Of a stretch of DNA of 64,000 nucleotides, positions 57,375 through 64,000 are shown piece by piece. The stretch lies in NCBI GenBank assembly GCA_947627505.1, contig CANQWG010000002.1, positions 17,444 to 81,443 of the forward strand. The letters run 5' to 3'. The position numbers and the translations under genes were made by a program. The stretch is from an uncultured Bacilli bacterium (lineage in GTDB: Bacteria > Bacillota_I > Bacilli_A > RFN20 > CAG-449). The notes beneath the pieces are model-generated. The model searched no databases. It was not told the DNA's origin and was given only the letters and a program-made list of their open reading frames with translations. The stretch's first letter is position 1; each line of letters opens with the position of its first letter.

Positions 57375-58259
57375 TTAGTTATCTAACAAACTTTGGAGAT
57401 ATTCTAAATCCATTTTGATTTCTTCGGTTGTTTTATTAAAATCAAGCGCTATTTTTTCAATATCGTGATTTAATCCTAAATAACTCAAATTTAACTCATA
57501 AGCCAAAGCGAAGACATAATCATCTTGATAAACATCGAAAATCGAAAATGGATAATTTTTGATTTCAATCGCGTTTATCATCTCTTTAGCTAAATTTGCC
57601 GCTTGCACACTTTCGTGATATTGATTAACGATTTTTATAAATTCTTTATATGCTTTGCGTTCAAACGGCAATTGGTGTTCTTGGGGTGTAAAATCAAACC
57701 AATCATTTTGTCGTTTAACTTTAAAAGTTTTTGAGCAATGTTGCTCAATCAAAATGAAAAGGATCAACACTTTGAATTTGTATGCAACATCGCTCTTTAA
57801 AAATTTTACGATTTCTTCAAGATGAAGATTGATATTTTGCTTGCTTAAATAATTGATGGCGTAAATCATCTTTTCTTCGTTTCTCGAATGAAGATAAGTG
57901 TAAATTTCCGTTATAGAATCATGATGACTACGATGACGTTTTTCTTCTAGAATTCGAGTTTTCAATTCATTCATGAAATCTTCGACTTCCATTGAAATAT
58001 AGGGCATACTTTTGTATTCTTCAATGACTTCCAATGCTTCGAAAATTCGTTCGTTTTGCAAAAAATAGTCGACGTGAAAACCGATGGTAGTAAGAGGATC
58101 TTCTTTTAATAGACAATCGCGATATGACGATAGAAATTCTTGTAACACTTGATCATCTTGAAGTTCATTGATAAGCGCAAAACGCATAAATAAACTTTCC
58201 GGATCATCCTTACCTTCCAAACTTTTAAGATTTAATCTTAAACGTGCTTTATCATCCAT
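57375..58259 (-). CDS. hypothetical helical (possibly TPR-like, YsoA-position) protein
   Basis: 294-aa soluble alpha-helical ORF next to tig, as the TPR protein ysoA is in B. subtilis. Sequence similarity is not verifiable here. Confidence 0.35.
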   Translation of the reverse strand: MDDKARLRLNLKSLEGKDDPESLFMRFALINELQDDQVLQEFLSSYRDCLLKEDPLTTIGFHVDYFLQNERIFEALEVIEEYKSMPYISMEVEDFMNELKTRILEEKRHRSHHDSITEIYTYLHSRNEEKMIYAINYLSKQNINLHLEEIVKFLKSDVAYKFKVLILFILIEQHCSKTFKVKRQNDWFDFTPQEHQLPFERKAYKEFIKIVNQYHESVQAANLAKEMINAIEIKNYPFSIFDVYQDDYVFALAYELNLSYLGLNHDIEKIALDFNKTTEEIKMDLEYLQSLLDN

Positions 58260-58261
58260 AA

Positions 58262-59521
58262 TTAAAGCCTTTCGATCAACAACTCATAAAGACAATCGAT
58301 CTTGGTAAGACGCGATAAGAAATACGCGATGGCAATAGTCAAAAATGCCGGTAACAAAATATATAATCCGTGAGTGTTGAATCCAACCGTGGAAACGATG
58401 ACCGCCAAGGCCGTTAACGGAGCTTTAGTGACCACTGCAAAACTCGTGAGCATTGAAATCAAGACAATCGGAGCAAAATATTGTTCTTCAAAGCCGAATA
58501 ATTGGTTACAAGACACACAAACGATCATTCCGCTCAAAGCCCCAAAGCAAATTATCGGAACCACCAAACCGCCGGTAGCCGTCGAATTGGCCGAAAAAAT
58601 CGTATAAACAAAACGGAATAAAAGAAGTCCTAATAAGATTAAAATCGATTTTTCTTCTAAAATCATCGCAATAATTCTTCCACCAGAGCCACTTCCTATC
58701 GCGAAGAAAAACGAAACGAGCAAAGCGAGAATGAACATCCAATAAATTCGATATTTGACGAAAAAATTCTTTTTGTGTTTCGCTAAAAAATCTTTCAAAC
58801 GAATGAGCAATAAAACGAACAGTGATCCGACGATGACGTTTAATAAAATCACGAAAATCAACGGATAATATTCTTCAAATCCCAAATCAGTGGTGATATC
58901 CATCGTTAAAAGGTGATGGTGATTAATTAAAGAACTGATAAAGAATGCGACAAAAACGATAATGATCGTCCTAATGATAATCTTGATATTAAAGCGATGA
59001 AGACTTTCTTCAAAAGTATAAAAGATACCCGCTAACGGTGATAAAAAAGCGCAACCGAAACCTGCTCCAGAAGCGATGGCCACTTCATCTTCATCATCGT
59101 CTTTAAACCAATCATTGACCATCAAAGACGCATTTCCACCTAAGACAACCGAAGGTCCTTCACTGCCTAAACCAAGTCCCGCAAAAAAGGAAACAATCGA
59201 ATTTATAAACATCAAAGGCATCGTTTTATACCATTTCATATTGTCGAGTTTTTTGCGGATGTTAACCTCTAGTTGTGGAATTCCACTTCCAGCGATATTC
59301 GTATCGAAAGTAACCAAAAAATGAGCGATAAAGGCTAAAGCCGCCACTACGACTACAACGATAAGTGCAATCATAATGTTTTGAGTTGCAAATAGTTCTT
59401 TAGAAGCGTCGATTACTAAATTTGCGCATAATTGATAAGTTCCAACAATCAATCCTACGAAAAAACCGGTGATGATTGCTTTAATTCCATAGTAGAGAAT
59501 TTTTAAAATCTTTTCTTTCAT
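58262..59521 (-). CDS. ClC-family voltage-gated chloride channel/transporter
   Basis: Selectivity filter motifs GSGIPQ and G(S)EGP. Polytopic, 419 aa. Confidence 0.8.
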   Translation of the reverse strand: MKEKILKILYYGIKAIITGFFVGLIVGTYQLCANLVIDASKELFATQNIMIALIVVVVVAALAFIAHFLVTFDTNIAGSGIPQLEVNIRKKLDNMKWYKTMPLMFINSIVSFFAGLGLGSEGPSVVLGGNASLMVNDWFKDDDEDEVAIASGAGFGCAFLSPLAGIFYTFEESLHRFNIKIIIRTIIIVFVAFFISSLINHHHLLTMDITTDLGFEEYYPLIFVILLNVIVGSLFVLLLIRLKDFLAKHKKNFFVKYRIYWMFILALLVSFFFAIGSGSGGRIIAMILEEKSILILLGLLLFRFVYTIFSANSTATGGLVVPIICFGALSGMIVCVSCNQLFGFEEQYFAPIVLISMLTSFAVVTKAPLTALAVIVSTVGFNTHGLYILLPAFLTIAIAYFLSRLTKIDCLYELLIERL

Positions 59522-59603
59522 ATTCAGACCTCAAAACTTGTTTTTAATCATATCATAAAGTCTTGGTTTTGTTAACGAGAAGCAACGAAATTAAAAAAAG
59601 CAA

Positions 59604-60272
59604 TCATAGCGATTGCTTAAATTCGTTATTGTTTTTCTCTTCATCATATAATTCATTTAACAATTCAAGAAATAAATCACTAGCACTGTAAAGTGGACCG
59701 ATCGTCACTTCTTGGCGTTTTTCAAGATAACGTTTTCGGAAAAGATCCCATTTTTTTAATTTCTTTAAATATGCAATCTTTTCTTCAATATCATTTGAAC
59801 CATCTACCTTCACTAACGTATAGCGATTGGTAAACCGATCGTAAATTAAGCGTGAATAACCTTCGTTGCCTTCATCAAAGATGAGCGAAATTTTAATATC
59901 GGTATATTTGCGACCTTTACGATTCGAAATAGCGGCGCTGAAAATAAATGAGGAATCACTGATTTCGAAAAAGTTTACGCCCTTTACGGCACGATTTAAT
60001 GCTTCACGCAAACTTTCTTTAATCAATTGAGGATTTTCCCACTGGTCTTTCAAGGCTTCGGTAATCAAAATTTGAAATTCGCAATCGACATATCCGCTTT
60101 TTGAATCCTTAATCAACAAGGATGAGCCACCACCATAAAAAAGCAAATATTCAAAAGACAATTGACGGCGCAATATATGTTGCACTTTTTGCATAATTTT
60201 GCCAGTAAAAGCTCGTAAAAAATGAGATTCACTTTTGGATATATATTTAAACACCATATCACTCCTTAACAC
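59604..60272 (-). CDS. hypothetical protein, possibly a minimal nucleotidyltransferase fold
   Basis: The segment GGGSSLLIKDSKSGYVDCE fits hG[GS]-x(9-13)-D-x-[DE]. Otherwise there is no recognisable family. Confidence 0.3.
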   Translation of the reverse strand: MLRSDMVFKYISKSESHFLRAFTGKIMQKVQHILRRQLSFEYLLFYGGGSSLLIKDSKSGYVDCEFQILITEALKDQWENPQLIKESLREALNRAVKGVNFFEISDSSFIFSAAISNRKGRKYTDIKISLIFDEGNEGYSRLIYDRFTNRYTLVKVDGSNDIEEKIAYLKKLKKWDLFRKRYLEKRQEVTIGPLYSASDLFLELLNELYDEEKNNNEFKQSL

Positions 60273-60509
60273 ACTAACACTAACACTTTAATTATAAAAT
60301 GCATCACAAATCGGTGCAACTAAATAACTCTTTTAAAAGCATTTCCTTTCTTAAGCACCACAAAAGGATATTTTTGTCACAGAATAATAAAAAGTGACAA
60401 ACTTTGTCCTTTATTAGCGATGGTTATTTCCAAAAACTTTTATCAGATTTTTCTTAAACATCGTTTTTGTTATTGAATTTATCTTAATTTGTGGTAATAT
60501 TAAGACGCT

Positions 60510-60586
60510 GGCCACATAGCTCAGCTGGATAGAGCAACGGCCTTCTAAGCCGTAGGCCGGGGGTTCGAATCCCTCTGTGGTCACCA
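60510..60586 (+). tRNA. tRNA-Arg (anticodon TCT)
   Basis: Manual cloverleaf. Acceptor GGCCACA/TGTGGTC with discriminator A and CCA. D-arm GCTCAGCTGGATAGAGC. Anticodon stem ACGGC/GCCGT with loop CTTCTAA. T-arm GGTTCGAATCC. Confidence 0.85.
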
Positions 60587-60784
60587 TTACGATAAATAAA
60601 GGACTATACATAATTGTAGCCCTTTTTTTATTTAAAAGCGATTAGTATAATTTTAAATTGATATTTTATATAGTATAGTTACGATAACATCAAAGATGGA
60701 GCGTTGACAGTTATTGTAAATTTTTAATATAATTTAATTAGAAATAATAACCGAGAGATATCGGTTACATAAGGAGAATGGGCG

Positions 60785-61693
60785 ATGATTAAATTCACAA
60801 AGTTACAAGAATCTGAGTTGGAAGAATGGTTACATTTATGTGTTAATTCCTTCAATCATAATATCTTTAGTGAAATGTTGTATAGTTATTTTAAAAATCA
60901 TTTTATCAATGATCCAAACCATAATTTTAATGATATTTATATTGCCAAAGATCACGAACAAATTATCGCTTCTTTAAGAATCTTTAAGCGCGAAATGTAC
61001 ATAGAAGGTATTAAAGTACCCTTTGCCGGAATTGGCGAAGTTTGCACCAAGCGTGAATATCGTCATCAGGGAATCTCTTCAAAACTGATTGAAATGGCTT
61101 TAGAAGATCAAAAGCAAGCCGGATATGTATTTGCTTATTTAGGAAGTGGCATTCCAGATTTTTATCGCCGTTTCGGATTTGAATCAACTACTTATCGTTA
61201 CAATCGCATTTTAATTCACCAACGTGACATTCATGAAAATTATGAAGTGAAAAAAATCAGCGGTAATGAAATTCGGCAAATATACGATACTTTCTCTTCA
61301 AAATTAAATGGTCCTATCGTTAGAGATGATTTTTATCTCAGTCATTGGACAACTACCGAATTACGTAATCCGCATGGCTTATACAAAGATGGTCAATTGG
61401 TCGCTTATTTGGATTATGGTGAAAAAGATGGTGGCTTAATCATCCGAGAATATGGTGAATTAGGCGAATATTTTGATGATTTTATCTCGTTAATCAAATT
61501 GCGAACTAGCCTTATTTTAGTTCCTGATGTGATCAATACCTCGCATCTTATTTTAGAAAAAGTAGAACGTCGCGGTCGCATGGTGATCTTGTTAAATAAA
61601 TTTGAAAAACAAGATCTCAAATTTAATCTAACGAGTGATATTCTAGAAAAATTAAATCATAATTATACTTTTTGGCGCACTGATTATTTTTAA
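60785..61693 (+). CDS. GNAT-family N-acetyltransferase with a C-terminal extension (Eis-like architecture)
   Basis: Acetyl-CoA binding motif (R)HQGISSKLIEMAL. 302 aa. The terminator follows. Confidence 0.7.
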   Translation: MIKFTKLQESELEEWLHLCVNSFNHNIFSEMLYSYFKNHFINDPNHNFNDIYIAKDHEQIIASLRIFKREMYIEGIKVPFAGIGEVCTKREYRHQGISSKLIEMALEDQKQAGYVFAYLGSGIPDFYRRFGFESTTYRYNRILIHQRDIHENYEVKKISGNEIRQIYDTFSSKLNGPIVRDDFYLSHWTTTELRNPHGLYKDGQLVAYLDYGEKDGGLIIREYGELGEYFDDFISLIKLRTSLILVPDVINTSHLILEKVERRGRMVILLNKFEKQDLKFNLTSDILEKLNHNYTFWRTDYF

Positions 61694-61725
61694 TCCTTAG
61701 TTTTTAAAACTAATATAACCATTAC

Positions 61726-61752
61726 AAAAAAGCCTAATATAAAGGCTTTTTT
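61726..61752 (+). terminator. rho-independent terminator after the GNAT gene
   Basis: Hairpin AAAAAAGCCT-AATATAA-AGGCTTTTTT. Confidence 0.75.
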
Positions 61753-62047
61753 AATAATAAATATTGCTTTAAACTCATAAATAATTAATCATATTAAGAA
61801 ATATTTGTATAAACTGAAAATTTTTAATTCTAAAATATTAATTGAAAATATAATAATTTTGATCTTACACTTATTTTTTTGTGTAAATAAGACACGTAGC
61901 AGATGTTAAAAATAAAAGTGACCTCATACATGCAACTAAATATAACACTCATTCCATAATTTTGTTCCAAAAATCCCCAATTAATTTGTTCTAGCCAACT
62001 TGCACCATTTCAAACATATTTTAATTCGTTTGTTTGATATTCGTTTA

Positions 62048-62533
62048 CTATTTTTCAATAATATTTTTTATTTTAGTTTTTATTTTCAAATAATCCTTAT
62101 AAACTACTTTAAATTGAATTTTTTCTCCTGAATCTAATTTGAAAGTAATTAAACCACCTGCTTGTTGTTTATAGATAGGAACTATTGGTAGTGCATACCA
62201 TTTACACACATAATATTCAGCATATCTAATTTGATTTATTGCATACTTATGATTTAAAAATACAAATTCATCATTATTTAAAATAAATTCCTTTTTACTT
62301 TTATGGTTTACTATAAAACAAGTTATTAAAGATAAAATCATTAAAGATAAGCAAATGGCATAAGAAATTAGAATTCCTTTATAAGCAATAATTTCTTGTT
62401 CTTTTACCAAAGAGATAATTAAAATAATAGTTGTTAACAAAAAACCAATATTTGGAAATAGAATTGCTCTAACAATAGATTCAAATAAATTTAATTTAAT
62501 TTTTACCATGCATTGTGCTCCTATATAAAACAA
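62048..62533 (-). CDS. hypothetical membrane protein (two N-terminal TM helices plus a small soluble domain; bacterial PH-like topology)
   Basis: ORF in an extremely AT-rich region. Topology is predicted from hydrophobicity only. Confidence 0.35.
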   Translation of the reverse strand: MFYIGAQCMVKIKLNLFESIVRAILFPNIGFLLTTIILIISLVKEQEIIAYKGILISYAICLSLMILSLITCFIVNHKSKKEFILNNDEFVFLNHKYAINQIRYAEYYVCKWYALPIVPIYKQQAGGLITFKLDSGEKIQFKVVYKDYLKIKTKIKNIIEK

Positions 62534-62604
62534 TAAATATTTTTCCCTATGTTTAAAATAATCTTTTTATTTCCACTACCAAGCGTCAACAAAATTTAAC
62601 ATAG

Positions 62605-62943
62605 CTAAATATTAAGTTGTTTAATTTTATTTTTTATAATTTCAGAAACCAAAATCCAAAAATCCTTATCATAATTATAGACCACTTTCTTTATGCCTTT
62701 ACGCTTTTTATTTATCAGTGACATCTTATAAGGTTCTTCTAAAAATGGGTCAATATGATAATTTTCCATATTATAAATAAGATTAATGTCTACTTCATTA
62801 AATTGTTCCCAAACATAAATTTTTAATTTAAATAAATCATTTTGAAATAAATATTGATTCCCCATCGTATTTTCAAACAATAATTGACAATGATACTCAT
62901 CAATTAAAAATTCAAATGCCTTTATAATATTAGGATTTTTCAT
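62605..62943 (-). CDS. hypothetical small soluble protein (orphan; immunity-protein-like size and composition)
   Basis: 112-aa ORF in the AT-rich island. Confidence 0.35.
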   Translation of the reverse strand: MKNPNIIKAFEFLIDEYHCQLLFENTMGNQYLFQNDLFKLKIYVWEQFNEVDINLIYNMENYHIDPFLEEPYKMSLINKKRKGIKKVVYNYDKDFWILVSEIIKNKIKQLNI

Positions 62944-62977
62944 ATCTCATACTACCTTTCTAAAATAAAATGTTTTG

Positions 62978-63379
62978 TTATTTACTTTTAATTGATTTGT
63001 ATTTCTTATGCTTTGTGTTAATTATGATGAAGTCACCATCATTATCATTAATGAACATCTTTATATCATTACAATAAATTACAACACATAGTTCATAATT
63101 TTCGATAATCTCAAGAATATGTATAACATTATTAAAATCACTAGCAATATCAAAATTGTAGTAATTTTTGTATGTTTCTACATTGATGATATTAATGCCA
63201 CCAAAATTATTCAAACACCTTATTTCATTAATAATTTTAGATTGATTTTTATTTAAGGAAAAATTAAAAATGAATTTATCGTTTAATGAGTCAAAAAACA
63301 ATTCCAAATAGCTAATAATATTTTTTATTTTAAAAATTTTATCACTATATAAGTATTTTATCATAATTTGTTTTTCCAT
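62978..63379 (-). CDS. hypothetical small soluble protein (orphan)
   Basis: 133-aa ORF in the AT-rich island. Confidence 0.35.
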   Translation of the reverse strand: MEKQIMIKYLYSDKIFKIKNIISYLELFFDSLNDKFIFNFSLNKNQSKIINEIRCLNNFGGINIINVETYKNYYNFDIASDFNNVIHILEIIENYELCVVIYCNDIKMFINDNDGDFIIINTKHKKYKSIKSK

Positions 63380-63610
63380 TTATATTTTTCCTAAATCAAG
63401 AATACATTTATTAATTTGTTTTTCTAATTATACCACAGATAATCAATGTAATTTAAGTAATTTTACCTCACCATAATTTTTTACTTTTTGATAGTTTATT
63501 CCTATTCTGTATTTATAAAATGTAGCTAGAATCGCCTTAACATTTATCATACTTGTATCATTAAGATTGTTCCATCATTAAAAATTTTTTCCTTACAATT
63601 TCCCTACATA

Positions 63611-63631
63611 AAAGTTAAAAAGCCCTACTTT
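63611..63631. terminator. bidirectional hairpin terminator downstream of tRNA-Gly
   Basis: AGCCCTA-CTTT-TAGGGCT with T-runs on both strands. Confidence 0.65.
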
Positions 63632-63640
63632 TAGGGCTTT

Positions 63641-63714
63641 TAATAACCAATGGAGCAAGTAGCGGGAATCGAACCCGTGCAACCAGCTTGGGAAGCTAGT
63701 GTTCTACCATTAAA
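63641..63714 (-). tRNA. tRNA-Gly (anticodon CCC by manual folding)
   Basis: The reverse complement folds as a cloverleaf. Acceptor GCAAGTA/TACTTGC, discriminator T, CCA. Anticodon stem CTAGC/GCTGG with loop TTCCCAA. T-arm CGGGTTCGATTCCCG. Confidence 0.75.
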
Positions 63715-63774
63715 CTATACTTGCGTTTTTTTTATTATAACAAGAAGGCTTATAGCTCGCAATCCTTTATTCAG

Positions 63775-63990
63775 TTATTTATGCTTCCAAGAATAATATT
63801 CATGATCTCTTTCTTCATCGATTGAAGTATGATCATCATCGTAAAGATAAAACGAACATCTTTCGTAAAGATCTTTAAAAATTTCGAGATTGAGTTTTGC
63901 TTTCATGCCATTAGAAAAGACCAAAAACTTGCCATGTTCAAGTTTAACATACGAAGGTTTGAAAAAATTATCCGTACCTATTAGAAGCAC
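63775..63990 (-). CDS. hypothetical protein (71-aa ORF at the window edge)
   Basis: ORF only; no family recognised. Confidence 0.25.
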   Translation of the reverse strand: MLLIGTDNFFKPSYVKLEHGKFLVFSNGMKAKLNLEIFKDLYERCSFYLYDDDHTSIDEERDHEYYSWKHK

Positions 63991-64000
63991 AAATCCATCT

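Noticed and set aside
60414-60611. 65-aa minus-strand ORF in the ORF track
   Set aside because: It lies entirely over the tRNA-Arg gene (60510-60586) on the opposite strand. This is a chance ORF.

Overview
This is a low-GC (visibly AT-rich) chromosomal segment from an endospore-forming Firmicute. Almost all genes are on the minus strand, and many carry lipobox signal peptides. The core is a set of housekeeping blocks in the gene order familiar from Bacillus subtilis: recO-era-cdd-ybeY (with the first codons of an alpha2-type glyQS at the window edge); a sepF-like gene; sigG-sigE-spoIIGA directly downstream of the division/cell-wall cluster pbp-murE-mraY-murD-spoVE/ftsW-murG-murB-divIB-ftsA-ftsZ; recJ-like plus fused secDF; spoVB and a DUF421 (YrbG-like) gene; ruvAB; obg-rpmA-prp-rplU preceded by an L21-type leader; spoIVFB-spoIVFA-like-minD-minC-radC; valS with a T-box leader; nadE; a GH13 amylase lipoprotein; ysxE(CotS-like)-spoVID-like-engB-lon-tig; a ClC channel; and two tRNAs. 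Three things stand out against this backbone. First, a roughly 12.5-kb accessory island sits between ruvA and obg. It carries three tandem paralogous zinc-metalloprotease lipoproteins (motif HETGHxLGLDDYY) followed by three paralogous BspA-type leucine-rich-repeat (LRR) lipoproteins. The LRR cassettes carry near-identical 5' and 3' flanks, have copies of the obg 3' end and terminator next to them, and have a gene remnant between two of them, which points to recent cassette duplication. Second, an unannotated 59-aa ORF (below the ORF-track cutoff) encodes a peptide with a textbook double-glycine leader and is translationally coupled (TAATG) to radC. Third, the last ~2 kb is an extremely AT-rich cluster of small orphan ORFs between tRNA-Arg and tRNA-Gly, likely horizontally acquired.
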